A DNA stretch of 59,004 nucleotides from Candidatus Limnocylindrales bacterium. GTDB lineage: Bacteria; Chloroflexota; Limnocylindria; Limnocylindrales; CSP1-4. The DNA is taken from the NCBI GenBank assembly GCA_036404515.1, contig DASWZK010000132.1:1-59004 (forward strand), in the 5' to 3' direction. Under the pieces are notes generated by a model. It did not search any database and was not told where the DNA came from. It was given only the letters and a program-made list of their open reading frames with translations. The position numbers were made by a program, and so were the translations under genes. Within the stretch, counting starts at the first letter, position 1, and each line of letters opens with the position of its first letter. Of this stretch, positions 42,954 to 53,203 are shown in pieces.

Positions 42954-45110
42954 TTGGCAATCTTGCCCACGCTGCGGGGCCCCAGCGACCTGCGCGGTCT
43001 GACCGACGACCAACTCGACTCGTTGGTCGATGAGATTCGTGAGTACATCGTCTCGACCGTCGCCAAGACCGGAGGTCACCTTGGCTCTTCGCTCGGAGTT
43101 GTCGAGCTGACACTGGCGCTGCACCGGGTCCTGGAGTCTCCGCGCGACAAGATAGTGTGGGATACCGGCCATCAGGCGTACGCCCACAAGCTCCTGACAG
43201 GGCGCTACTCGCGCTTCGGGACGTTGCGTCAGCTGGGCGGCATCGGCGGGTTCCCGCGGCGCGAGGAGTCCGAGCACGACGTCTTCGACGGGGGGCATGC
43301 CGGAACGGGCCTATCGATCGCCCAGGGCCTGGCCACTGCCCGCGACCTGCGCCATTCGATGGAGCGGATCGCCGTCGTTGTGGGCGACGCGGCGCTGATC
43401 AGCGGTCTGTCTCTCGAGGCTCTCAACGATATCGGCCACCGCCAGACCCAGCTGCTGATCGTCCTGAACGACAACGCCATGTCGATCAGCCCTACGGTCG
43501 GCGCCTTCAGCCAGTACTTCTCGACGCTGAAGCTGTCGACCGCGTGGAAGCAGAGCAAGACCGCCTACGACCGAATCGTCGAGTCGCTGCCGGTGGTAGG
43601 CCGGCCGGCCCTGTCGTTGTCACGCCGCATCCGACGCATGGTCGTGAGCTTTGCCCAGCCCGGCCAGCTCTTCGAGGATCTCGGCATCACCTATTTGGGC
43701 GTCATCTCGGGCCACAACAGGCGAGGGCTTGAGCATATCTTCCGTGCCGCGCTTGAAGTGCCGGGTCCCGTCCTCGTGCACGTTCGCACACGCAAAGGCC
43801 ATGGATACCGTCCCGCCGAGCGCGATCAGGTCGGCTTCCACGGCGCGGCGCTGCCGCCCATGCCGGACCTTGGCGGCGCGCGCCCCACACCGGAGTACCC
43901 GGCCCTGGTGGCTCACACCTTGCTGACCGGCCCGGCGCTGGCCCGTAAGGAGAGCGCCATGCCGGAGCCGGGCCGCATCGACGAGGCTCCCGTTGAGCCA
44001 TCCGGCAACGGCAACGGCAATGGCAACGCCGCGGCCGGGTCGGCGGACATGGGGACGCCCTCCGACGCGGCGCGCGCTGCCGCTTCCAAACGACCGCCCA
44101 ACTACACCCATTACTTCGCGCTTGAGCTCATCGATCTGGCTCGCGAGGACCGCCGGATCGTGGCCGTTACCGCCGGTATGCCCACCGGCACCGGCCTGCA
44201 TCTATTCCAGGCCGAGTTTCCAGACCGATTCATCGATGTGGGCATTGCCGAGCAACATGCCGTGGCCCTCTCGGCGGGCATGGCCCTGGCCGGCGAGCGC
44301 CCGGTCGTGGCCGTGTACTCCACCTTCCTTCAACGCGCCTTCGACCAGGAGGTCCACGACGTCTGCCAGAACGACCTGCCGGTATTGATCGCGGTGGATC
44401 GGGCCGGACTCGTCGGTGAGGATGGCACCAGCCACCAGGGCATGTTCACGATCCCGACTCAGCGCCAGCTGCCGCGAATGGTCATCGCCAGTCCGAAGGA
44501 CGAGCAGGAGCTTCGATCGCTCGTGCGGACGGCCTTCGCCCAGGATCACCCGTTCGCCCTGCACTACCCGCGCGATCCCGGGTTCGGCGTTCCGGTTCGC
44601 GAGCCGGCGGTTCTTCCCGTTGGCATCGGCGAGGTACTTCGAGAGGGGCGACAGGTTCTCATCGTCGGCTTCGGGCCCATTGTCGAGCGGGGTCGACAGG
44701 CCGCGGACCTCCTCGAGGCGGAAGGATGGTCGGTCGGGCTGATCAACGCCCGCTTCGCCAAGCCGCTCGACCGCCAGTTGATCCTCGACGCGGCCCGCGG
44801 CAAGACACTCGTGGTCACTCTCGAGGAGAGCGTCGTGACCGGCGGCTTCGGGTCGGGCGTTCTTGACCTTATCGAGGAGGCCCGTCTGGCCGACCCTGCC
44901 TATCGAGAGGTTGCTGTCCGGATCGTCGGCATTCCGGCCGAACGTTTCGTTGAGCATGGCTCGGTCGATCAGCTCCGCCGGCTCCTGAGGCTCGATTCCG
45001 CCGGCATCGCCGGGCAGATCAGCGAGACCCTGAGCCGGCTGAGGGCACTTCCCGCCGGTGGCTCGGCCATCTCGGTACCTGCCGTCATGCGATCGAAGCC
45101 CCGTTCTTGA
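42954..45110 (+). CDS. dxs: 1-deoxy-D-xylulose-5-phosphate synthase with a long low-complexity inter-domain insertion
   Basis: [55 protein letters not shown]. Confidence 0.95.
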   Translation: MAILPTLRGPSDLRGLTDDQLDSLVDEIREYIVSTVAKTGGHLGSSLGVVELTLALHRVLESPRDKIVWDTGHQAYAHKLLTGRYSRFGTLRQLGGIGGFPRREESEHDVFDGGHAGTGLSIAQGLATARDLRHSMERIAVVVGDAALISGLSLEALNDIGHRQTQLLIVLNDNAMSISPTVGAFSQYFSTLKLSTAWKQSKTAYDRIVESLPVVGRPALSLSRRIRRMVVSFAQPGQLFEDLGITYLGVISGHNRRGLEHIFRAALEVPGPVLVHVRTRKGHGYRPAERDQVGFHGAALPPMPDLGGARPTPEYPALVAHTLLTGPALARKESAMPEPGRIDEAPVEPSGNGNGNGNAAAGSADMGTPSDAARAAASKRPPNYTHYFALELIDLAREDRRIVAVTAGMPTGTGLHLFQAEFPDRFIDVGIAEQHAVALSAGMALAGERPVVAVYSTFLQRAFDQEVHDVCQNDLPVLIAVDRAGLVGEDGTSHQGMFTIPTQRQLPRMVIASPKDEQELRSLVRTAFAQDHPFALHYPRDPGFGVPVREPAVLPVGIGEVLREGRQVLIVGFGPIVERGRQAADLLEAEGWSVGLINARFAKPLDRQLILDAARGKTLVVTLEESVVTGGFGSGVLDLIEEARLADPAYREVAVRIVGIPAERFVEHGSVDQLRRLLRLDSAGIAGQISETLSRLRALPAGGSAISVPAVMRSKPRS
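44004..44027 (+). repeat. Hexanucleotide repeat (GGCAAC GGCAAC GGCAAT GGCAAC) encoding (GN)4 inside the dxs insertion
   Basis: Read directly. Confidence 0.9.
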
Positions 45111-45176
45111 TAGACGGCCGCCCGGTCCGCGCCCCAGCGCAGCACGAGATGAGCCCGGTGTGCCACGATTGATGGC

Positions 45177-46022
45177 ATGAGTTCAGCCAGGGTCCGACGA
45201 ACCCGACAGCGACTCGACCAGCTGCTCGTCGAGCGAGGTCTCGCCGAGACTCGCACGCGCGCCCAGGCGCTGGTCATGGGTGGACATGTGCGCGTCGGCG
45301 AGGGCGCCGCTTCTCGGACGGACCGCAAGCCCGGCGACCTCGTCGAAACCACGATCGCCCTCGAAGTGGAGGCTCCGCCGCCGTTCGTTTCGCGGGGTGG
45401 CTTGAAGCTCCGCGCCGCCCTGGACGTCTTTGGTGTCGAACCGGTCGGGCTGGTCTGCCTGGACGTCGGGTCGTCCACGGGTGGGTTCACGGATCTGCTG
45501 CTGCAGCGTGATGCGTCCCGGGTGTATGCGGTCGATGTGGGCCGTGGCCAGCTGGCCGAGGCCCTCAGACACGATCCCAGAGTCGTATCCATGGAACGTA
45601 CCAACGCCCGCGCTCTCGGACCCGGCATGCTACCCACGGCCGTGGACCTCGCCGTGGTCGACGTGTCGTTCATCTCACTCGATCGCATCCTGCGTCCGGT
45701 GGCGACGTGCTTCGGCCCGCTGGGCGGGAAGATCGTGGCTCTTGTAAAGCCGCAGTTCGAGGCCGGGCGAAAGCAGGTCCGCGACGGCGTTGTCCGCGAT
45801 CCGAAGGTTCACCGGCAGACTCTGGAGACGGTCGCTCGCTACGCTCTCGGCATCGGGCTGAAGCTCCGTAGCGCGGTCGCGTCGCCGCTCACCGGGCCGG
45901 CCGGCAACCGCGAATTCTTCCTGGAACTCGAAGTGCCGGCCGGATTCGTTGCCCGGGACGGCGAGCCGCCGGAGCTGCCGGAGGAGTGGGCGAGCAAGTT
46001 CGGAGAGCTGGCTGGGGCATGA
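45177..46022 (+). CDS. tlyA: TlyA-family rRNA 2'-O-methyltransferase (S4 plus FtsJ domains)
   Basis: RLDQLLVERGLAETRTRAQALVMGGHVRV and DVGSSTGGFTD. Confidence 0.9.
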   Translation: MSSARVRRTRQRLDQLLVERGLAETRTRAQALVMGGHVRVGEGAASRTDRKPGDLVETTIALEVEAPPPFVSRGGLKLRAALDVFGVEPVGLVCLDVGSSTGGFTDLLLQRDASRVYAVDVGRGQLAEALRHDPRVVSMERTNARALGPGMLPTAVDLAVVDVSFISLDRILRPVATCFGPLGGKIVALVKPQFEAGRKQVRDGVVRDPKVHRQTLETVARYALGIGLKLRSAVASPLTGPAGNREFFLELEVPAGFVARDGEPPELPEEWASKFGELAGA

Positions 46023-46864
46023 GGCTTGAGCGCATCGGGTTCGCCTACAACCCGACAAAAGAGGCGGCGCTGGACCTTCGCGAGCGAGCTGAGGGCTGGT
46101 GCCAGTTGCGTGGAATCTCCCATTGGGCGGCGCCTGCCGGCGAGCTGAAGGCTCTCGTCGAGCACCTTCCAGATACCGACGCGCTCGTTGTTCTGGGCGG
46201 CGACGGCACCTTTCTGCGGGCGGCGCGTGCGGTGGCCGAAGTGGACGTGCCGCTGCTCGGAGTCAACCTGGGCAAGATCGGCTTCCTGTCCAAGGTCGAG
46301 GCTCAGGACCTGGAGGTGGTCCTCGCCCGGCTGGTCGAGGGCGATTTCCGACTGGAGGACCGAATGGCTCTTCAGGCGACGATCCACCCGGGTGGCCGTG
46401 ACGAAGCCGGCGAGACCTTCTTCGCCCTCAACGAGATCGTCGTGGCGAGGGGCTCCATGGCGCGAGTCTGCAGGATCGAGGTTGAGATCGGGCCGTCGCA
46501 CCTGGCCACATTTACGGCCGACGGTCTGCTCGTCTCGAGCCCCACTGGTTCCACCGGCTACTCGTTCTCTGCAGGCGGCCCGATCGTCGATCCGACGAGC
46601 AGGAACCTGGTCGTTACGCCAATTGCCGGCTATCTGTCGGCCATTCGGTCCGTGGTCGTGAGCCCTCGCCACACCGTCCGTTGCCGCGTGGTCGATGCCT
46701 ACGACGTGCTCATGAGCGTAGACGGGCGCGAGGACCGGCGGCTATCGATCGGGGACGTCGTTTCCGTATGCGAGATGGGCCGACCGATCCGGCTCATCGA
46801 GCCCTCCGGCGCCGTGCCCTTCTGGGATCTGCTTCGCCAGAAGTCCGAGCTGCTGCCGTCATGA
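46019..46864 (+). CDS. nadK: NAD kinase
   Basis: VVLGGDGTFLRAAR, NLGKIGFL, SPTGSTGYSFSAGGP. ATGA overlap with tlyA. Confidence 0.9.
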   Translation: MRLERIGFAYNPTKEAALDLRERAEGWCQLRGISHWAAPAGELKALVEHLPDTDALVVLGGDGTFLRAARAVAEVDVPLLGVNLGKIGFLSKVEAQDLEVVLARLVEGDFRLEDRMALQATIHPGGRDEAGETFFALNEIVVARGSMARVCRIEVEIGPSHLATFTADGLLVSSPTGSTGYSFSAGGPIVDPTSRNLVVTPIAGYLSAIRSVVVSPRHTVRCRVVDAYDVLMSVDGREDRRLSIGDVVSVCEMGRPIRLIEPSGAVPFWDLLRQKSELLPS

Positions 46865-48633
46865 CCGAGGCGGCCGAGGCTGAGTCCACCGGGCCAGCGG
46901 CACCCGAGCCCGAAACCGAGCCGGAAGCCGCGCCCATGGCTGCCGGCAGGCTGGCCGAGCTGAGCGTTCGCGACCTGGCCCTGATCGAAAGGCTGCGCAT
47001 AGCATTCGAGCCCGGCCTCAACGTGCTGACGGGCGAGACGGGAGCGGGGAAGAGCTTGCTGATCGACGCGCTCGGTCTCGCGGTCGGCTTTCGGGCCGAC
47101 ACGTCGCTGGTCCGCCACGGGTCTGAGACGGCACGCGTAGAGGCACTGTTCGACCGACTTCCGGAGCCGCTGATCTGCGTGCGAGAGATTTCCGCGGCCG
47201 GTCGATCGACTGCTCGGATGGACGACGATACGGTCACGGCGGCCCGACTCGCCGATGTGGCAGGGCGTCTGGTCGAGATCCACGGACAGCACGACCAGCA
47301 GCGCCTGCTGGACGAGCGCTGGCAGCGCGAGCTGCTGGATGCCTTCGGTCGGCTGGAGCGTGAGCGCTCGGCCGTGGCCGGGGCTGTGGAAGCCTGGCGG
47401 GCCAATCAGGCGGCACTGGCCGAGCTTGCCCTCGATCCCCGCGAGCTGGCCAGGCGCCTCGAGCTGCACGAGCATCAGGCCGGCGAGATTGCCGGAGCGG
47501 GGCTGCGTCTCGGAGAGGCGGGCGAGATCAGGGCGAAGCTGACCGCGGCCCAGCACGCCGAGGCCATCGCTCGCGGCAGCGCCGAGATGTACGAGGCCCT
47601 GGCCGGGGAGGGGAGCAGCGCCCGGGAAGGCACGGCCGTCGCCGCCCGGAGGGCCCGAGAGCTGGCTCGTCTGGACGACCGCTACGGTCCGGTGGCCGAG
47701 CGGCTGATGGGCCTGGCGGCGGAATTGGAGGATGCTGCAGCCGAGGCACGGGACCTGGCCGAAAGCGTGGAGCATGACCTCGGGGCCCTCGCAGCCATGG
47801 AAGAGAGGCTGTCGCTGATCTACTCGCTCGAACGCAAGTACGGCGAGAACGAGGCGGCCGTGATCGCTTATGGCGAGCGGGCCGCCGCCGAAGCGGATCG
47901 ACTGCGCGTCCTGGAGGCGTCTCGTGAGACTCGGCAGCTGCAGGCCGCGCGCCTCCTCCTCGAGGTCGCCCGGGCTGGGGGGGAGCTCTCGCGCAGCCGG
48001 ACCGCGGTCGCAGGGCGGCTCGCAGAATCGGTGGAGGCCGCCATGGTCGGGTTGGGATTCCGCCAAACGGCGTTTAGTGTGTCGGTCATGCGCCGAAGCC
48101 CTGGGGGCGTTGAGCCGTCGGTCGAACTGGACGGCGAGCGCGTCGCCTTCGACGCGAGCGGCGTGGATGCCGTGGCCTTCCTGATCGCCCCGAACCCGGG
48201 CGAGCCGGCACGGCCGCTGGCGCGCATTGCCTCTGGGGGAGAGCTGTCGCGCGTGGCTCTGGCTGTAAAGCAGATTCTGGCCGAGGCCGACCGCACCCCG
48301 ACTCTTGTGTTCGACGAGATCGACGCCGGCATCGGAGGGCGCAGCGCGGAACCGGTGGCGCGCTCCCTGTGGGAGCTCGCTCGGACGCACCAGGTTCTGT
48401 GCGTGACGCACCTCGGGCAGATCGCTGCATATGCCGACGCTCAGTTCCGGATCGAGAAGCGGCAGCGCGATGGCCGCACGGTGACCGACGTCCGGCGGGT
48501 TGAGGGGACCGAGCGCGTAGACGAACTGGCCCAGATGTTGGCCGGCGCGGAGGGTGGTGCCGCGGCGAAGGCCAGCGCCCAGGAGCTGCTGGAACGGGCG
48601 GACTCATGGCGGCGGACGTCGGGGGGCGGATGA
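46861..48633 (+). CDS. recN: DNA repair protein RecN (acidic N-terminal extension; an internal ATG is an alternative start)
   Basis: LNVLTGETGAGKSLLIDAL, ASGGELSRVALA, LVFDEIDAGIGG. ATGA overlap with nadK. Confidence 0.95.
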   Translation: MTEAAEAESTGPAAPEPETEPEAAPMAAGRLAELSVRDLALIERLRIAFEPGLNVLTGETGAGKSLLIDALGLAVGFRADTSLVRHGSETARVEALFDRLPEPLICVREISAAGRSTARMDDDTVTAARLADVAGRLVEIHGQHDQQRLLDERWQRELLDAFGRLERERSAVAGAVEAWRANQAALAELALDPRELARRLELHEHQAGEIAGAGLRLGEAGEIRAKLTAAQHAEAIARGSAEMYEALAGEGSSAREGTAVAARRARELARLDDRYGPVAERLMGLAAELEDAAAEARDLAESVEHDLGALAAMEERLSLIYSLERKYGENEAAVIAYGERAAAEADRLRVLEASRETRQLQAARLLLEVARAGGELSRSRTAVAGRLAESVEAAMVGLGFRQTAFSVSVMRRSPGGVEPSVELDGERVAFDASGVDAVAFLIAPNPGEPARPLARIASGGELSRVALAVKQILAEADRTPTLVFDEIDAGIGGRSAEPVARSLWELARTHQVLCVTHLGQIAAYADAQFRIEKRQRDGRTVTDVRRVEGTERVDELAQMLAGAEGGAAAKASAQELLERADSWRRTSGGG

Positions 48634-48634
48634 A

Positions 48635-49591
48635 GTGGGCGGCTCGACGGCAGACGGTCCGGCCGGCGCGCCGGACCGACTCGGGGCCGCGATCGAATCA
48701 TTCCTGATGTACTTGCGCGTGGAGCGGGGCCTGGCCAAAGCCACTCTGAGCGCTTACCGGGCCGACCTGCTCGACTTCGAGGCGAGTCGTGGCGCGTCCG
48801 AGTCCTGGGACGCGTCGGCCGAGACCCCCGTCCACTATTTGAGTGTGCTCGGTGCACCGGGTCGTGGCCGCCGGTCGGCTCTGCGCCCGACCACGCTTCG
48901 GCGCCGCGCTGCTTCATTGCGCGGCTTCTACCGCTTCTGCTACTCGGAGGGTTTGATCAATACGGACCTGGCGGGCCGCTTCGACCTGCCACGGCAGCCC
49001 CGGCTCCTTCCGGAGGTGCTGACCGTCGATGAGGTGGACCGGCTGCTGCGAACACGAGGCGGCGAATCGCCGGCAGGGATCCGAGACCGGGCCTTGCTCG
49101 AACTCCTGTACGCCTCCGGCCTGCGCATATCGGAAGCCGTCGGCCTGGACCGGGATGACATCGATCTCGAGTCCGGACTCGTCCGCATTGTCGGCAAAGG
49201 CGATCGAGAGCGGCAGGTACCCGTTGGGGAGGTTGCCGTCACCTGGCTGCGCCGATACTCGGCCGAAGTCAGGCCGGGCTGGCTGACGGGCTGGCACGGC
49301 GAGGGCGGGCACGGTGGCCCGCTCTTCCTGTCGGTGCGCGGTCGGCGCCTGGACAGGCGTCGGGCCTGGGAGATGCTGGTTGGGGCCGCTCGGTCGGCCG
49401 GCTTCCGAGACGGGATCAGCCCGCACACGCTGCGTCATTCGTTCGCGACGCACCTTCTCGAGGGTGGCGCCGACCTGCGCATCGTCCAGGAGTTGCTCGG
49501 GCATGCGAGCATCAACACGACACAGCTGTACACACACTTGACTGGCGAACGGATCAAAGACGTATATGCTCGTGCCCACCCACGGGCTTGA
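48635..49591 (+). CDS. xerD: Tyrosine recombinase XerD
   Basis: YLRVERGLAKATLSAYRADL and [42 protein letters not shown] lies 1 nt after the recN stop. Confidence 0.9.
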   Translation: MGGSTADGPAGAPDRLGAAIESFLMYLRVERGLAKATLSAYRADLLDFEASRGASESWDASAETPVHYLSVLGAPGRGRRSALRPTTLRRRAASLRGFYRFCYSEGLINTDLAGRFDLPRQPRLLPEVLTVDEVDRLLRTRGGESPAGIRDRALLELLYASGLRISEAVGLDRDDIDLESGLVRIVGKGDRERQVPVGEVAVTWLRRYSAEVRPGWLTGWHGEGGHGGPLFLSVRGRRLDRRRAWEMLVGAARSAGFRDGISPHTLRHSFATHLLEGGADLRIVQELLGHASINTTQLYTHLTGERIKDVYARAHPRA

Positions 49592-50308
49592 ATGGAGAAG
49601 GAGATGCCCGCAGGTGGACGGGCGCCGAAGGAGACGAGGATGAGCTACGCGGAAACGTTGCTGGCGAAGGATGAGCGGATCATCTACGAGGGCCGACAGC
49701 ACTGGCTGGCGCCACTTTCCGACGGCCTCAGGCCGATCGTTTTGATCCTGGTCGCCATAGTCCTGTTCTTCCTCCAGAGTCAAGCTGGTCCGTCGGGCAC
49801 GGTCTCGACAGTCTGGACGGCCCTCGGGGCGATCGTCTTGCTTGTCGGACTGGTTTGGTTCGGCATCGTCTACCTCACCTGGCGGGCCGAGGAGTACATC
49901 ATCACGACCCGGCGGGTCCTCAAGGTCGAGGGTCTTCTGGACAAGAAGAGTGGTGATAGCTCTCTCGACAAGATCAACGACGCCGTCCTCAAGCAGGGTC
50001 TCCTGGCCAGAATGCTTCACTATGGCGATCTGGAGGTCCTGACCGCGAACGAAGACGCCATCGATCGCTACGAGATGCTGGCCCACGTGGTCGACTTCAA
50101 GAAGGCCATGTTGGACGCCAAGAACCAGCTGGAAGATGGCTATCGCGGGCCCGGCGCTCCCGCACCGGTCGCGGTGGCTGCAACCCGGCCGTCGAGCTCA
50201 GATGACATCACGGCGACGCTCTCCAAGCTGGCCGAGCTTCGCGACAAGGGCGCCATCACCCCGGCCGAGTACGACCAGAAGAAGGCCGAGCTGCTCGGCC
50301 GCATCTAG
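49592..50308 (+). CDS. Membrane protein with a bacterial PH (YdbT/bPH_2-like) domain and a C-terminal SHOCT motif
   Basis: Two TM segments, then YIITTRRVLKVEGLLDKK...YGDLEVLT. C-terminus LSKLAELRDKGAITPAEYDQKKAELLGRI. Confidence 0.75.
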   Translation: MEKEMPAGGRAPKETRMSYAETLLAKDERIIYEGRQHWLAPLSDGLRPIVLILVAIVLFFLQSQAGPSGTVSTVWTALGAIVLLVGLVWFGIVYLTWRAEEYIITTRRVLKVEGLLDKKSGDSSLDKINDAVLKQGLLARMLHYGDLEVLTANEDAIDRYEMLAHVVDFKKAMLDAKNQLEDGYRGPGAPAPVAVAATRPSSSDDITATLSKLAELRDKGAITPAEYDQKKAELLGRI

Positions 50309-50371
50309 CCTGGTTCAGCCGGGCGGTTACCGCGCCCCTCGTAGCACCCGCCTACCAGGCGCATCAACGAA

Positions 50372-51055
50372 TTGAGGAGTCAGTTGAATTCACTGGCGGT
50401 GGCACAGGCGGTCATCTGGATCGGCATGTTCCTGCTCATCAGCGGTCCGGTCCATGAGTGTGCCCATGCATTTACGGCCTGGAAGCTGGGCGATGGAACG
50501 GCCAAGCTCTTCGGGCGTGTCAGCCTCGATCCTTTCAGGCATTTCGACCCGGTCGGTGGGACTCTTCTGATAGTCAGCGTCATGCTCAACGCCGTCGGTG
50601 GCTCGCCGATCGGCTTCGGCTGGGCGAAGCCGACGCCCGTGAATGCACTAAACCTGCGGGGCCGCCATGCCGACACGATGGTGGCGGTCGCGGGTCCGCT
50701 CTCGAACCTGGCCCTGGCCGCGGTCTGCGCCGTCGGCTTTCGTCTGCTGTGGGCGAGCGGGGCCTACCCGGACAACACCTCGGTGGCGAACATGGTGCTG
50801 CTCGTCTTCCTGGTGGGGATCGAGCTGAACGTGGTCCTGATGTTGTTCAACCTTATCCCCATCCAGCCGCTTGACGGGTCGCACGTTCTGTTCGACCTCC
50901 TGGATCCGAGGACGGCCCACGAGGTGCGCAACTTCATGAACCAGTACGGGCTTATCCTGCTGGTCCTCGTCGTGCTCTTTGCGGGGCAGATAGTCGTTCC
51001 GGTGCTGGTGCCGATCGTCAACTTCCTCGCCGGCGTGCCGATACTGGTCAATTGA
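50372..51055 (+). CDS. Site-2 protease family (peptidase M50) membrane metalloprotease
   Basis: HECAHAF (HExxH) in a TM segment, and LFNLIPIQPLDGSHV. Confidence 0.85.
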   Translation: MRSQLNSLAVAQAVIWIGMFLLISGPVHECAHAFTAWKLGDGTAKLFGRVSLDPFRHFDPVGGTLLIVSVMLNAVGGSPIGFGWAKPTPVNALNLRGRHADTMVAVAGPLSNLALAAVCAVGFRLLWASGAYPDNTSVANMVLLVFLVGIELNVVLMLFNLIPIQPLDGSHVLFDLLDPRTAHEVRNFMNQYGLILLVLVVLFAGQIVVPVLVPIVNFLAGVPILVN

Positions 51056-51555
51056 GGACGTTGGCAAGAGGTTGGTGGTCGGCCAAGATCCGCCGGACGT
51101 GGACCTACCTTCACGCCGGGGTGGCCGGCGCCGAGCGTGCGGGGCTGGAGAACTGGTTGACTCCTGAACAGCTGGCCGTGTTCGATGCCATGCCCGCAGC
51201 CGACCGCCGCCACGGCCTCGACGTTGCGGCGTACCTGCGCGCCGCTGGCGCGGCCGACCCGGACCTGCTGGTGGCGGGGTTGCTGCACGACTGCGGCAAG
51301 GGCCGGCGCGTGCGGCTCGTGCATCGTGTGGCCTGGTCGCTCGGGGGGCGCTACGGGGCGTGGATCTGGCGGGCAAGCAGCTACCTGCCGACCGTTCGAA
51401 CGGGCCTGGCCAGATTGCGCGACCATTCAGCGCATTCCGCGGAGCTGGCGGCCGAGGCCGGCTGCAGCCACCGGACGATCGAGCTGATACGCAACCAGGA
51501 GGCTCCCACGGACGACGCCGGTCGGCTTCTGCTCGCTGCGGATGAGGTCAGCTGA
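51052..51555 (+). CDS. HD-domain protein
   Basis: RRHGLDVAAYL...AGLLHDCGKG. TTGA overlap with the preceding stop. Confidence 0.65.
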   Translation: MRTLARGWWSAKIRRTWTYLHAGVAGAERAGLENWLTPEQLAVFDAMPAADRRHGLDVAAYLRAAGAADPDLLVAGLLHDCGKGRRVRLVHRVAWSLGGRYGAWIWRASSYLPTVRTGLARLRDHSAHSAELAAEAGCSHRTIELIRNQEAPTDDAGRLLLAADEVS

Positions 51556-52445
51556 TGGGGCCGATGGCGGCTGCCCACAATACGTCGGCGAGGAAGCGCG
51601 GCATCGGGGCCATCATTCGGCCCGGGCCCGCCCCAGAAGTGGCATTCGCCGTGGGCCAGGACGAGAGCGTCACCCACGTCCGCCTGGAGGCCTTCGACGG
51701 GCCGCTGGCGCTCCTGCTCGCCTTGATCGAGGCGCGCCAGCTCGACGTGCTGACCGTGCCGCTCGGCGCGCTGGCCGAGGCGTACCTGGATGCTCTGGCG
51801 ACGTTGGAAGGGGATCGGCTGGGCAACGTGTCGGCGTTCGTGGCCGTGGCCGCCCAGCTGATCCTGATCAAGAGCCGGGCCATCCTGCCACGGCCCCCGA
51901 TGACGCCGGCGACGCCGCTCGACATGGAGCCTGATCCCGAGGCCGAGTTGCGGGCGAGGCTCCTCGTGTACCGCCGCTTCCGCGACGCCGGTGCCGCCCT
52001 GGGGGACAGGTTCGATGTTCGCCGCCTCTACCGGCGAGACGCTGAGGCAGCGACGAGCGCGAGTCGCGCGGGCGCGAGGCCGCCTGAGCGGCCGCCACTG
52101 CCGCCTGAGGCCCTGGCGCAGGCCCTGCAACGACTGGCGACCGTTGTGCCGGTGGTCGCGCCGCCCGCCGAGATTGTCTCGCGAACGATCAGCATGGCCG
52201 AGCGCGTGGTCGTGATCAGGGAGGCTCTGAGGTACACCGATACGATCGTGCTGCAGGAGCTGCTCGAGGGCGTGCGCGATCGGGTTGTCGTCGCGCTAAC
52301 CTTCCTGGCGATGCTCGAGTTGTCGAAGCTGCGGGAGATCACGCTGGAACAGGCCGAACCGTGGGGCCCGATCGTTGCCCGTCGCCTAGCCGAAGTCGCC
52401 GCCGGCGAGTCGGCGACAGACGAGAGCCTGGAGTCGTTCGCTTGA
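51555..52445 (+). CDS. scpA: Segregation and condensation protein A
   Basis: FDGPLALLLALIEARQLDVLTVPLGALAEAYL. Confidence 0.9.
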   Translation: MGPMAAAHNTSARKRGIGAIIRPGPAPEVAFAVGQDESVTHVRLEAFDGPLALLLALIEARQLDVLTVPLGALAEAYLDALATLEGDRLGNVSAFVAVAAQLILIKSRAILPRPPMTPATPLDMEPDPEAELRARLLVYRRFRDAGAALGDRFDVRRLYRRDAEAATSASRAGARPPERPPLPPEALAQALQRLATVVPVVAPPAEIVSRTISMAERVVVIREALRYTDTIVLQELLEGVRDRVVVALTFLAMLELSKLREITLEQAEPWGPIVARRLAEVAAGESATDESLESFA

Positions 52446-53203
52446 ACCGAAAGACGGCCGGAAGCATCGCCAACGCATCGATGCCACGGGAGATTGATGA
52501 CGCGGACCAGGGCACGGCGCGCGCGGCGCCGTTTCCGGACGGCGCCGATAGCGCGGAGGCGAGTCCCGAGGACGCGGACGGGAGCGCCGCAGGCGCTTCG
52601 CCCGACGTATTGCCGGGAGAGCTGACTGAAGCCCAACTTGAGGCGCTTCTGTTCGTTGCCGAACGGCCGCTGGCGCGGGTCGAGATCGCACAGCTGGCTG
52701 GTGTGGACCGCGAGACCGTGGACGCTCGGATCGGCGACCTTCAGGTCAGGCTGGCCGAGCGCGGCCTCAGGCTCGTGGAGTCGGGCGAGCGCGTCGAACT
52801 CGCTACTTCCCCCGACGCAGGGCGGCTTATTGCTCGGTACGTCGGTGCGGATTCGCCGCGGTTGTCCATGCCGTCGCTGGAGACGTTGGCCATCGTCGCG
52901 TACCGCCAACCCTGCACTCGCGCCACGATCGAGCGCATCCGTGGAGTCGACTCGGACTACACCATTCGCACGTTGCTCCATCGCCGCCTGGTCGTGGAGC
53001 TGGGGCGTTCCGAATCGCCCGGTCGGCCGATCCTCCTCGGCACTGGCTTCGATTTCCTCGAGAGGTTCGGTCTAACCAGCCTCGACCAACTGCCGGCCCT
53101 CGAACCGGAGGTTGCCGAGCGCCTGTTCGCGGAGGCCGATAATCCGGCGGCGACCCGCAAAACGATCGCCGAGGCCGATGGGTCAACGCCCGAGGCCCTC
53201 TGA
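52442..53203 (+). CDS. scpB: Segregation and condensation protein B (start TTG 52442 or ATG 52481)
   Basis: LEALLFVAERPL...LETLAIVAYRQPCTRATIERIRGV. Confidence 0.9.
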   Translation: MNRKTAGSIANASMPREIDDADQGTARAAPFPDGADSAEASPEDADGSAAGASPDVLPGELTEAQLEALLFVAERPLARVEIAQLAGVDRETVDARIGDLQVRLAERGLRLVESGERVELATSPDAGRLIARYVGADSPRLSMPSLETLAIVAYRQPCTRATIERIRGVDSDYTIRTLLHRRLVVELGRSESPGRPILLGTGFDFLERFGLTSLDQLPALEPEVAERLFAEADNPAATRKTIAEADGSTPEAL

